DNA from: Malassezia furfur
Lineage: Eukaryota
Reading direction: 5' to 3' (one strand)
NCBI GenBank assembly: GCA_052055015.1
Contig: JBQJIT010000050.1
Length of the DNA stretch: 40,803 bases
Numbering within the stretch: the stretch's first letter is position 1; every line of letters starts with the position of its first letter. Made by a program: the position numbers and the translations under genes. The notes beneath the pieces were generated by a model. It ran no database searches, was not told where the DNA came from, and saw only the letters and a program-made list of their open reading frames with translations. Below, piece after piece: positions 31,590 through 40,803 of the stretch.

Positions 31590-34514
31590 CTAGACGACAT
31601 CGATGCCCGCCTGCGCCAGCGCCGTGACGAGGTCCGGCTCGAGGTACGAGCTGACGGCGATCGCGTCCGAGAGCCCCTTGCGGCGGCGCATCTTCAGCAC
31701 AAAGTCGCGCGCCAGGCCGAGCGGCGGCGCGGGCTCGAGCGGGCGCAGCATGATGCTCGTGTCCATCGGGTCGCCCGGCACCACCGCCCAGTGGTCAAAG
31801 GACTGCAGCACAAACGCCTGGCCCTGCGTGAGCACGCGCAGGTCCGTCTCGAAGCCGTTGGCGTCCATGGCGGGCAGGAACGCCTTGACGGTCACGAGCT
31901 GCGTGCCGGCCTTGGGCGTGTCCTGCACGACGTGTCCGCGGCGCCGCGCCAGCAGCGTGTACACGGCACTGACCGCCTCCGCCGGCGCCTGCACCTCGGC
32001 CGAAAAGATCGGCTCCATGAGGCGCGGCGTCGCGAGCAGGAAGGCGGCGTACGCGGCGCGGCGTGCGGTGGGGATCATTTGGCCGCCGCCGCGCTGGATG
32101 GGCTCGGCGGCAATGTCCGCGTGGACGAGGCGGAACTTGACGTTGCGGATCGGCTCGTCGCACAGCGGCCCCTCGCGCGTGGCCCATTGGAAGCCTTGCT
32201 TGATGTGCTCGCGGACGAGCGCGAGGCGCTTCTTGTCGACCTCGTCGGGGAGCGTGTCGTCCACGAGCACGTTGGGTCCATCCTCCGCGGGCCCAAACGC
32301 CCAAATGTTGCGCGCCGCGAGCGCATCCCAGCCGTAGCGCTCGGCAAACACCTTGGCGAGCGCGCGCGGCGGCAGCGAAGGGTCGAGCACGCCGCGCTCG
32401 AGGTCCTCGGCGATGCCCTTCTCGAGCGGCTCGGCAATGAGCGTGAGCCGGTTCTTTTGGTTCGGCGTGGTGGCGTACGCCTGCACGGCGCTCGTCTCGA
32501 CGACCGTCTCGCAGAACTTGACGACAGGGTCGCTGATCTTGATCTCGACCTCGGCGTACAGCACGCGCAGGTCGTGCATCACGCAGTCGAGGTACAGCTC
32601 GCCCGTGCCAAGTAGCGTGTGCTCGCCGCTCTCTTCGACACGTGTCGTGGCGAGCGGGTAGGTCTTGTTGATCTTGCGCAGGCCGTCGAGCATGCGCGGT
32701 AGCTCGGGCGGGTGCAGCGGCTCGACGGCGACCTTGAGCACGCTCTCGGTCATCTGTACCACGGGACGCAGGGTATACGTCTCGCTCGCGGCGAGACTCG
32801 CGGCGCACAGCGTCGCGCTCTTGACGATCGGCGCGTCCACACCGCCGAGCAGCACCAGGTTGCCTGCGGGCACGGCGTCCGTCGGCACGGCGTAGCGCGC
32901 CTCGCCGATCCACACGTCCTCAACGGTGGCCATCGCCATGTCCTCGTCGTCGTCCGGCGTAAAGTTCTCACCCAGCACCTTGACCGAGTCGCCGCGCGCG
33001 ACCGTGCCGCTCAGCACGCGCCCCAGCGCGCGGAACTCGGAGGCATCGGTCGTTGGGAAGAGCTTGGTGATCTGCACAAGCAGCGGCCCGTCGCGCGCGC
33101 ACGCCGCGGCACCGCGCGCGAGGCTGCCGTCCGGCGCAGTGCTCGTGCGGGCGACCTTGTCGGCGGTGGCGGCCGCCGCGCTCGGGAGGTGCTCAGCAAG
33201 CATGTCGACAAGCCCCGTAGGCGGCCCAAAGAACTGTGCCAGCACCGCGCGCAGCAGCGGGCGCACGTCCATCTCGAACGCGCGCGGGCGCAGGTGGATG
33301 TGCAGGCCGTGCAGCGTCTTGCGGAGCGTGTCGGTGTCGGCCGAGAGCACCTGCGTGTAGAGCTTGTAGAGTGGCGCGAGCACAAAGTGCACAAAGCTGC
33401 GCGGCGCGTCGGCGTGCGGCGCCTTGCGCGCGAACGTGCGCGTCTTGGCGTCGTAGAAGATGTTGCCCCAGAGCCGCTGCGCCAGCGCATCGACGTCCAT
33501 GGGCGCGCCGCGGGCGTACATCGCTGCGAAGGAGCGCAGCGTGAAGCAGTAGCCCATCTCCGTGCTGGCAAACGCCACGTTGCCGCGCTCGGGGCCGAAG
33601 CGCAGCGCGGGATCGCCGCCGCTGGCGGCGCCGACCACCGCGTTCACCTCCTCGATCGTGTGCCGGATCTTGAAGTAGGCCTCCTGCGGCGGCAGGCGCA
33701 GCTCGTGAATGAGGCGGTCCAGCTTGTTTACCACGAGCGTCATCGGGATGCGCTCACGCACACAGAAGCGCACGATCGCCTCGGTGTTGCACATGACGCT
33801 CTCGACCACGTCCACGACGACCACTACGCCATCGACGAGGCGCAGCGCGGCGGCCACCTCGTCGACAAAGTTGGGGTGCCCCGGCGTGTCAATCAGGTGC
33901 AGCAGGTGCGACTTGCCGCGCGTCGTCTGCATCACGAGTGACATGGGCGTGCACCGGATCGACATGCGCCGCTGCTGCTCGAGCGTGTGCGTGTCGGTGT
34001 AGCGCAGCGGCGTGTCGACGTCGACGTCGAGCACGTGGGTCTCGTAGACGAGCATGTCCATCAGGCTCGTCTTGCCGTGCCCGAGGTGCCCGACGACGGC
34101 GACGTTGCGCACCATCTCGGGGAAGTTCATCAGACTCGTCAAAAACGAGCGGTCGAAGCGCACGTCGGGCAGGCCCTGCTCCTCGATCGCAAACGCGCGC
34201 ACTTTCTCGGGCTCGATGATCGGCTGCGTGATCGGCTGCGTGTCCTCCTCCTGGACGAGTGTCTCGACGTCCTCGCCGTACACCTCGGCCGCGCTCGGGT
34301 AGTACACCTTGTCTTCGTGCAGCACGACCGCGTTCGACGGCGCGTCGTCGACCTGCATCACCTGCAGGCCGCCATCGTCCGCCGTCGCGGCGGGCGCGGC
34401 GGGCGCGGGCTCGAGCGCCGGCAGCTCCTCGGCCACCTCCTCCTCGTCCACGACATCCTCGTCGGATTCGGAGAGGGGGCCGATGTAGTTGCCGAACTCG
34501 TCGTAGTCGTCCAT
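31590..34514 (-). CDS. SNU114: U5 snRNP 116-kDa EF-2-like GTPase
   Basis: MDDYDEFGNYIGP, VVLHEDKVYYPSA, GHLGHGKT, DTPGH, NKLD, EESGEH, GFQWATREGPLCDEPIRN. Intronless. Confidence 0.97.
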   Translation of the reverse strand: MDDYDEFGNYIGPLSESDEDVVDEEEVAEELPALEPAPAAPAATADDGGLQVMQVDDAPSNAVVLHEDKVYYPSAAEVYGEDVETLVQEEDTQPITQPIIEPEKVRAFAIEEQGLPDVRFDRSFLTSLMNFPEMVRNVAVVGHLGHGKTSLMDMLVYETHVLDVDVDTPLRYTDTHTLEQQRRMSIRCTPMSLVMQTTRGKSHLLHLIDTPGHPNFVDEVAAALRLVDGVVVVVDVVESVMCNTEAIVRFCVRERIPMTLVVNKLDRLIHELRLPPQEAYFKIRHTIEEVNAVVGAASGGDPALRFGPERGNVAFASTEMGYCFTLRSFAAMYARGAPMDVDALAQRLWGNIFYDAKTRTFARKAPHADAPRSFVHFVLAPLYKLYTQVLSADTDTLRKTLHGLHIHLRPRAFEMDVRPLLRAVLAQFFGPPTGLVDMLAEHLPSAAAATADKVARTSTAPDGSLARGAAACARDGPLLVQITKLFPTTDASEFRALGRVLSGTVARGDSVKVLGENFTPDDDEDMAMATVEDVWIGEARYAVPTDAVPAGNLVLLGGVDAPIVKSATLCAASLAASETYTLRPVVQMTESVLKVAVEPLHPPELPRMLDGLRKINKTYPLATTRVEESGEHTLLGTGELYLDCVMHDLRVLYAEVEIKISDPVVKFCETVVETSAVQAYATTPNQKNRLTLIAEPLEKGIAEDLERGVLDPSLPPRALAKVFAERYGWDALAARNIWAFGPAEDGPNVLVDDTLPDEVDKKRLALVREHIKQGFQWATREGPLCDEPIRNVKFRLVHADIAAEPIQRGGGQMIPTARRAAYAAFLLATPRLMEPIFSAEVQAPAEAVSAVYTLLARRRGHVVQDTPKAGTQLVTVKAFLPAMDANGFETDLRVLTQGQAFVLQSFDHWAVVPGDPMDTSIMLRPLEPAPPLGLARDFVLKMRRRKGLSDAIAVSSYLEPDLVTALAQAGIDVV

Positions 34515-34603
34515 GCCAGTCTCCCGCGCGTCGTCGCCGCTCGCGAAGAGAGGCGCGCACGTGACTGCTGCCCGGCGCCCTCCCCCGCCCGCCTCGCACG
34601 GCC

Positions 34604-36445
34604 ATGCGAGGGGAGCAGGCACGCGCCGCGGCGCACGCGACGTGTGTGCGCTGGTGGCGCTTCGGCACGCTCACCGCGAGTATGGCAGGCTCGCAGGTGA
34701 TCTGGAGCCTAGAAATCGCCTACGGCACACCCTACCTGCTCGCCATCGGGCTCTCGAAGCAGGCCACCAGCCTCGTGTGGATCGCCGGGCCGCTCTCGGG
34801 CCTCCTGATGCAGCCGCTCATCGGCTCGCTGTCGGACGCGTCCACGTCCAAGTACCGCCGTCGCAAGTACATGGTCGCATCTGCGCTGTTTGTCGCGCTT
34901 AGCACCTGCCTCATTGCCTTCAGCGAGCCCGTCGCCATCCTGCTCCTGGACCTGCTCGGCGTCGGGCTCGGCGACTGGGACCCGGTGCGCCGCGAACGCA
35001 CCGCGCAGCTCGTGCAGGTGCTCAGCGTGCTCGGGTTCTGGGTGCTCGACTTTGCGATCAACGGCCTCCAGGTGATCAGTCGTGCACTTATCCTCGACTC
35101 TGCCGACAGCGCCGAACAGAACGAGGCCAATGCATGGCAGGCTCGCATGCTCCACGTCGGCAACATTGTCGGCTACTGGTGCGGCTGGGTGAACCTTGGC
35201 GAGTGGCCGACGCTCCACTGGGTCGGCGGCGGCCAGTTCCGCAAGCTCTCCGTGCTTGCCCTAATTGTTATGGGCATCACCGTCGCAGTGACGTGTGTGT
35301 GCACGCCCGAGACCGAGTACCAACACACCACGCCGCCGCCCACGCGCGGGTGGCAGCGCGTGTGTGGTTCTCTGCGGCAGATCTGGCACGTTGCGTGCCA
35401 TTTGCCGCTGTCGATCCGCCGCGTGTGTGTGACACAGCTGCTGGTACGTGCATGACTTACCCAGGCAACGATGAGCTGGTTCCCGTTCTTGTTCTACAGC
35501 ACGACCTACATTGTCGATGTGGCGCGGCGTAGCGGTATCCACCGGCGCGCCGAGGACGAGGAAAAGACGGGCAGCCTCGGGATGCTGCTCTTTGCGTTCG
35601 TCTCCATTGCATCGGGCACGCTGCTCCCTCTCCTCACACACGCAGGAACACACACGCCGCAGGATACCCCCGATGCGCCGCCGCGCCCGGTGCACATGTG
35701 GCAATGCGTGCGTCTGCGCACCATGTGGACGGCTGGTGCGTTGGCTCAGGCGGTGTTGCTATTCGGCACGTTTGTGGTCACGACGCAGACGCAGGCCATT
35801 GCGCTCGTGACGCTCATGGGCATCCCGTGGAGCATCTGGACATGGGTGCCGTTCGCACTGCTTGGCGAGTTTGTGCGCGAGGCCGAGTCGATCCCTGCAC
35901 AGGACACCGCCGAGGAGCAGTGGTCCGCACAGCAGATCATGGACCGCCCCGAGCGCGGATCACGCACGAGCGCGCACGACACAGACAGCGGGAACCGCCA
36001 CTCGTACTCCCACGAGCCGTCGCAGCACTCGTCCGACTCGACGCGCATCGTTTCGGGGTCGTTTGTCTCGTCGATCGTCTCGCGCGGGCGACAGCTGCCG
36101 GGCGACGTCGCGCCGTCGGACGACAGCATCCGCGGGGGCACCATCCTCGGCATCCACAACCTCGCGGTGGTGGTACCTCAGCTGCTCGTTGCGCTAATTT
36201 CCTCGCTCATCTTCCGTGTGACGAGCACGGCACCACGCAAGCATCACCCGGCCACGGACGGCGACGTGGCGTGGGTGCTTCGCTTTGGCGCGCTGATGGC
36301 CATCGGTGCCGCATTGCTCACGCGGTGCATCCCCTTGACACAATCGGAGCGGCGCGCCTCGCGCTCAGGCTATGTGCCGCTGCTCGACGACGACGATGAT
36401 GTCGACGACGCCGAAGCCTCTGTAGGCGCCCCGCCGCATCCGTAG
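34604..36445 (+). CDS. SUT1/SLC45-like sucrose/alpha-glucoside:H+ symporter (GPH/MFS); intron 35444-35464
   Basis: WSLEIAYGTPYL, WIAGPLSGLLMQPLIGSLSD, RRRKY, WFPFLFYSTTY, ILGIHNLAVVVPQ. The 21-nt intron contains the in-frame TGA that splits the two ORFs. Confidence 0.9.
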
Positions 36446-36479
36446 CCCGATCTCCCGATCTCCGTTGTCGTCTCGAGAC

Positions 36480-37124
36480 ATGGCGAGCGCGGCAGCGCCC
36501 GGCGCGGACTTGCGGCAACAAGTGACGCTCAAGAAAAAACTCGTGGTTGTGGGCGACGGCGGGTGCGGCAAGACGTGCTTGCTGATTGTATACTCCCAAA
36601 ACCGGTTTCCGGAGGAGTATGTGCCGACTGTATTTGAAAACTACGTGCCGATCGTCGAGTTCGACGGGCAGCTCGTGGAGTTTGCGCTGTGGGACACGGC
36701 GGGCCAGGAGGAATACAACCGACTGCGGCCACTCAGCTACCCCGAAACTGATGTGATTCTCGTGTGTTTCGCGATCGACTACCCCGCGAGCCTGTTGAAT
36801 GTGCAGGACAAATGGCTCCCGGAAATTGTGCATTTCTGCGAGGGCGTGCCGTTCCTGCTCGTGGGCCTCAAGACAGACCTGCGCGAGGACAAGCAGGCAT
36901 TAGCTTTGCTCTCAGCACAAGGCATCAAGCCGACCACCGCCGAGCAGGGCGCGGCGCTCGCCAAGGAGATCGGCGCGCGGCGCTACGTCGAGTGCTCGGC
37001 GCGCACCGGCGAAAACGTCCAGGCCGTCTTCCAGGCGGCGCTTGAAGAGGCATGCGAACGCCGACGCAAGCGCGGCCTGCGCGCACGTAGGGGCAACATG
37101 CGCTCCAAGTGTATCCTTCTGTAG
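36480..37124 (+). CDS. RHO4: Rho-family small GTPase, Rho4-like
   Basis: GDGGCGKTCLLI, YVPTVFENY, WDTAGQE, KTDLR, ECSA, polybasic tail and CAAX box CILL. Subfamily inferred from the GDGGCGKT variant. Confidence 0.85.
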   Translation: MASAAAPGADLRQQVTLKKKLVVVGDGGCGKTCLLIVYSQNRFPEEYVPTVFENYVPIVEFDGQLVEFALWDTAGQEEYNRLRPLSYPETDVILVCFAIDYPASLLNVQDKWLPEIVHFCEGVPFLLVGLKTDLREDKQALALLSAQGIKPTTAEQGAALAKEIGARRYVECSARTGENVQAVFQAALEEACERRRKRGLRARRGNMRSKCILL

Positions 37125-37182
37125 TTTGTACTATGTTTTGGTGAATGTGCACGGCGTGGGAGGAACGTGGTATAGGTGCCGA

Positions 37183-37935
37183 TTACAGGCACAGGATATC
37201 TTGCTCCAGCAAGGCGGCCATATCCCATGAGGGCGGCTCATCGCCTAGCGCCCCGTGGGTGCGGCGCAGCGTGTCGATGCGCTCGGCCAGCCGTGTGCGC
37301 AGCGTCTCCATCGCCGCTTGGTCGGCGTCGAGGCGCGCAGCGTCCTTGGTCACGTCGTCGCGCGCTTTTTGCAGCAGGGCGCGCCGCTCCAGTAGCCACG
37401 CCTGCATCGCGCCCGTTGCGCTCGTTGTGCCCGTGCTCGGCGTCATGGGCCGCGGGTCCATCGACAGCAGCGCAGGCGGCGTATACGTAGGGAAGCGCGG
37501 CGTCTGAGCGCGCACGCGCGTCTGCTTTGCAGGGCGCTCAGCAGACACGGCGCGCGCCGTGCGCTTGGGCGCTTCGGGGAGGACTGGCAGCGCCAGTGGC
37601 GCTGGCGGCAGCCGCAGGTCGCTGTGCGCCCACGGCACATGATCTGCCGCCGACGGCAGCGCATGGATCTCCTTGGCACTCGGAAGCTCGTGTGCGTGCT
37701 CGCCAAACAGCGCGCCGAGATCATGCACAAGAAAGTTCCAGTCGTCGCCCGTGTGCGTCAGCGGCAGGGCGCCCAATTCGTGTGCGGCGTCGCCCACGCC
37801 GAGAAGGGCCGGCGACGCCACCGTCGTGCCCACGCTTTCGTCGTCATTCTGAGACGGAGTGCCGCTGCGTAACTCGGGTGGCGTGCACGAGCTGTTGGAC
37901 CGCGACACGGAACCCCGCTCCGGTCTCGGCGCCAT
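37183..37935 (-). CDS. Hypothetical 250-aa protein with C-terminal coiled coil
   Basis: gccATGg-like start context (gaATGG); the ORF fills the gap between the Rho and RecQ genes. No family recognised. Confidence 0.55.
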   Translation of the reverse strand: MAPRPERGSVSRSNSSCTPPELRSGTPSQNDDESVGTTVASPALLGVGDAAHELGALPLTHTGDDWNFLVHDLGALFGEHAHELPSAKEIHALPSAADHVPWAHSDLRLPPAPLALPVLPEAPKRTARAVSAERPAKQTRVRAQTPRFPTYTPPALLSMDPRPMTPSTGTTSATGAMQAWLLERRALLQKARDDVTKDAARLDADQAAMETLRTRLAERIDTLRRTHGALGDEPPSWDMAALLEQDILCL

Positions 37936-37987
37936 TCCCCGTCTGCGGTGTTGGCCAGCGAGCGCTTGGGCACAGACGAAGACGCAT

Positions 37988-38027
37988 CACGTGGATGGTC
38001 TCCACTCCACGTGGGTGCCAGACGCGT
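37988..38027. promoter_or_regulatory. Paired CACGTG boxes plus ACGCGT in the divergent promoter upstream of RecQ
   Basis: CACGTG at 37988-37993 and 38008-38013; ACGCGT at 38022-38027. Confidence 0.45.
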
Positions 38028-38069
38028 CGCGCGTCGCAACCAACAGGGCGCGTGGTGTTGGTGGCGCGC

Positions 38070-40803
38070 ATGGTGGGAGCTGCGGGCAGCCGCTTCCACT
38101 TTGTTCCCGACGCGGAGATGTGTGCGACGGGCACGGGTACGCCTGCGCCGAGCTCGAGCGGGTGCATCAGTGCGCCGCTCAAGCCGGCACGCACGCACGC
38201 GTCGCCCGTCGCCGTCGCCGCGCACGACAAGGAAAATGCGCCGGTCGGCACGCCCGTCGTGTCGACGCCGAACATGGAGCGCGTGCAACCTGCACCCTCA
38301 TCTATACCCCGCAGCGACAGCAGCGCCGCGCATAGCCCGATGCATGCACGGTGGGCCCAGAAATCCAACGACGAGCTGTATGCCAAGCATGCTCAGCTCG
38401 TCGCGCTCCGGCACACATCCATGCTGCAGCGTGCTGCGCTTGCGTGCGGCGATGACGGCGTGGATGACAGTCCCGAGTTTCTCAAGCTACAGGAGCGCAG
38501 CTGCACGACGCGCATCGCCGAGATCGAAGAGACACTGCGGTCGCGCAATGCAGCCATACCCAGTGCGTCGCCGGCGTCGGGCAGCGGCGCGGAGCGGTCC
38601 GGCAGCGTGCGCGCCACACCCCCGAGCTCATGGGATGCTGGACTGCTGAGCGGTGGCAGTACGAGCGATGCCGGTCCGGCGCAGCGCGCTGAGCGTCGCT
38701 CGTCGTCGCTTGGCGCTGGCGCCGACGACGTGCCGGTCGTGTCGGAAGGGCCGCGTGTGCCACATGCGGCACCACGCGTGCTTGTGCATGCGTCGCCTGA
38801 GCGTGTGCCACTGCGCGAGACACAGTCCATCGCCGACGCAGACGACGTCGAGATTGTCGAGACACGGTGTGTACGAGCCAAATCGGCGGCGCCTGCCGCC
38901 GCAGCGGCAGCAGCTACGGTAGCAACAGCAGCAGCAGCAGCGCCCGTGCGGCCCAATGCGTGGGATGCGCAGGTGCAGCACGCGCTCCGGCGCCTCTTCC
39001 ACCTCGCGCACTTCCGGCCGGACCAGCTCGAGGCGATCAATGCGACGCTGAGCGGCCGCGACGTCTTCTGCCTGATGCCCACCGGTGGCGGCAAGAGTCT
39101 GTGCTACCAGCTGCCGGCGACCGTGACGCAGGGGCGCACCGACGGCCTGACGGTGGTGGTGTCGCCGCTCATTGCCCTCATCCACAACCAGGTCAAGAAC
39201 CTGCTGCGGCTGGAAATTCCGACGCTGGCGATCACGGGCGACATGAGTGACGAGGACCGCCGGTTTGCGAGTGCAGAGCTGTACAAGCGCGACTTACACG
39301 TGCGCCTGCTGTACGTCACGCCTGAGTTTGTGTGCAACTCGCGGCTCGCCGCGAATTTGCTGGCGCACCTCTACGCGCACGGCCGCCTGGCGCGGTTTGT
39401 GATCGATGAGGCGCACTGCGTCGACCAGTGGGGCCACGACTTCCGGCCGGACTATGTGCGGCTCGAGATGCTGCGCCAGCAATACCCCCGCGTGCCGCTC
39501 ATGGCGCTCACGGCGACGGCGCGCATCGACACAGTGCACGACATCCAGCGGCGGCTGGGCATGCGCGATGCGGTGGTGCTGCGGCAATCGTTCAACCGCC
39601 CGAACCTGTCGTACAGCGTGCAGCCGAAGCGGCGCGGCGCCGGCACGCTCGAGAGTATAGCGGCGTTCATCAAGGAGCGGCATGCGGGCGAGTGCGGCAT
39701 CATCTACTGCCTGAGCCGGCGCGACTGCGAGAACGTGGCGAGCGACCTCAACACCAAGTACGGCATCCAGGCGCGCCACTTCCACGCGGGCCTCGACACG
39801 CAGGACAAACTGCGCATCCAGGACACGTGGGAGGCGGGGCAGTTCAAGGTGATCGTCGCCACGATCGCGTTCGGCATGGGGATCGACAAGGCGGATGTGC
39901 GCTTTGTGATCCACCACTCGATCCCCAAGAGCCTCGAGGGCTACTACCAGGAGACGGGGCGTGCCGGGCGCGACGGCAAGGCGTCCGAGTGCGTGCTGTA
40001 CTGGACGATGGACGATGCACGCAAGCTCGAGGGCATGATCCGCGAGTCGGACGACGCGTCGCCGCAGCAGAAGCAGTACCAGCTCGAGACGCTGCGCCAG
40101 GTGACCACCTTCTGCCAGGCGCTCACCGAGTGCCGGCGCACCAACATCCTCAAGTACTTTGGCGAGCAGTTTGACCCGGCCGACTGCCACGCGTCGTGCG
40201 ACAACTGCCGGCGCGGCGCCGTCCACAAGGTCGACGTCACGACGCCGGCCAAGGACTTTGTCAACATGGTGCAGCTGATCGGCGGGCGCACGACGCACCT
40301 CACGCGTGCCTACTATACCAGCGTGTTCAAGGGCAGCATGCGCAAGGACGTCAAGGACAAGGGGCACCACCGCAACCTGTACCACGGGCGCGGCGCCCAC
40401 TTTTCCGACGAGGAGCTCAAGCGCATCGTCGACCACCTGCTCAACGTGCAGTACCTGGAAGAGTACGCCAAAAAGGCTGCATACCAGCGCTTTCCGAGCC
40501 ACTATGTGCGTGTAGGACCTGCGGCGCGTGCCCTGTTGCAGGGCCATGCGCAGGTCGAGCTCGAGATGACCGACACTAGCGCACGGACGACGACGCGCGC
40601 GCCGCCTGCCGCGCGCCGCGACGTCTCGCTGTCGCCCGAGGCGGACGACGCGTTCGACCTCGCGTCCATCCCGCTGAGCCCAACCGAGCTCGCGATGCTC
40701 GATGCACCCGCCAGCCCCAAGCGCCGGCGCACGAGTCCAGTGCGCAGGAGTGCCGCGGCGCCGGCCGCAGCGCGCACGGGCCCCACCGCCCCCGCGGCCC
40801 GAG
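38070..40803 (+). CDS. SGS1: RecQ-family DNA helicase (Sgs1/Rqh1/BLM-like), truncated by the window end
   Basis: Absent from the ORF track because no stop occurs in the window. The frame contains FRPDQLEAINATLSGRDVFCLMPTGGGKSLCYQLP, VIDEAHCVDQWGHDFRPDY, ATIAFGMGIDKADVRFVIH, YYQETGRAGRDG and RQC zinc motif CRR..CHASCDNC. Start uncertain (in-frame ATGs at 37995, 38070, 38118). Confidence 0.9.
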   Translation, partial: MVGAAGSRFHFVPDAEMCATGTGTPAPSSSGCISAPLKPARTHASPVAVAAHDKENAPVGTPVVSTPNMERVQPAPSSIPRSDSSAAHSPMHARWAQKSNDELYAKHAQLVALRHTSMLQRAALACGDDGVDDSPEFLKLQERSCTTRIAEIEETLRSRNAAIPSASPASGSGAERSGSVRATPPSSWDAGLLSGGSTSDAGPAQRAERRSSSLGAGADDVPVVSEGPRVPHAAPRVLVHASPERVPLRETQSIADADDVEIVETRCVRAKSAAPAAAAAAATVATAAAAAPVRPNAWDAQVQHALRRLFHLAHFRPDQLEAINATLSGRDVFCLMPTGGGKSLCYQLPATVTQGRTDGLTVVVSPLIALIHNQVKNLLRLEIPTLAITGDMSDEDRRFASAELYKRDLHVRLLYVTPEFVCNSRLAANLLAHLYAHGRLARFVIDEAHCVDQWGHDFRPDYVRLEMLRQQYPRVPLMALTATARIDTVHDIQRRLGMRDAVVLRQSFNRPNLSYSVQPKRRGAGTLESIAAFIKERHAGECGIIYCLSRRDCENVASDLNTKYGIQARHFHAGLDTQDKLRIQDTWEAGQFKVIVATIAFGMGIDKADVRFVIHHSIPKSLEGYYQETGRAGRDGKASECVLYWTMDDARKLEGMIRESDDASPQQKQYQLETLRQVTTFCQALTECRRTNILKYFGEQFDPADCHASCDNCRRGAVHKVDVTTPAKDFVNMVQLIGGRTTHLTRAYYTSVFKGSMRKDVKDKGHHRNLYHGRGAHFSDEELKRIVDHLLNVQYLEEYAKKAAYQRFPSHYVRVGPAARALLQGHAQVELEMTDTSARTTTRAPPAARRDVSLSPEADDAFDLASIPLSPTELAMLDAPASPKRRRTSPVRRSAAAPAAARTGPTAPAAR

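Noticed and set aside
1..40803. tRNA, rRNA, CRISPR arrays, transposons, prokaryotic-style systems
   Set aside because: None seen by eye; almost all sequence is accounted for by eukaryotic genes. Small ncRNAs cannot be excluded without an Infernal or tRNAscan search.

Overview
Eukaryotic, fungal DNA. High GC, extreme gene density, basidiomycete-like proteins and tiny GT-AG introns point to a Malassezia-type yeast (inference; no database search was run). I reconstructed about 27 protein-coding genes by hand: Mto1/ApsB-like, QCR9, a UBX protein, synaptojanin-like phosphatase, EF-hand type II NAD(P)H dehydrogenase, three tandem enoyl-reductase-like MDR paralogues, Apc15-like, HSBP1, CHORD-CS, SAS4/PEHE-like, SWD2, enoyl-CoA isomerase, Ies4-like, RPP0, a GPI-type protein, GAD, an ExoIII-family AP endonuclease, CTF18, SNU114, a SUT1-like permease, Rho4-like, a truncated RecQ helicase and three hypotheticals. 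I found no rRNA, tRNA, transposon or CRISPR. The most striking signals are architectural. (1) There are 23 predicted introns; 17 are only 21-25 nt and 16 end in a fixed fused branch-point/acceptor motif YTNAYNCAG. (2) The two long QCR9 introns carry hairpins between branch point and acceptor. (3) CACGTG sits in most of the tiny promoters. (4) Convergent stop codons lie 1-10 bp apart, and one tandem pair is 8 bp apart. (5) A broad GC trough (about 10.5-21 kb) is deepest within the MDR triplication.
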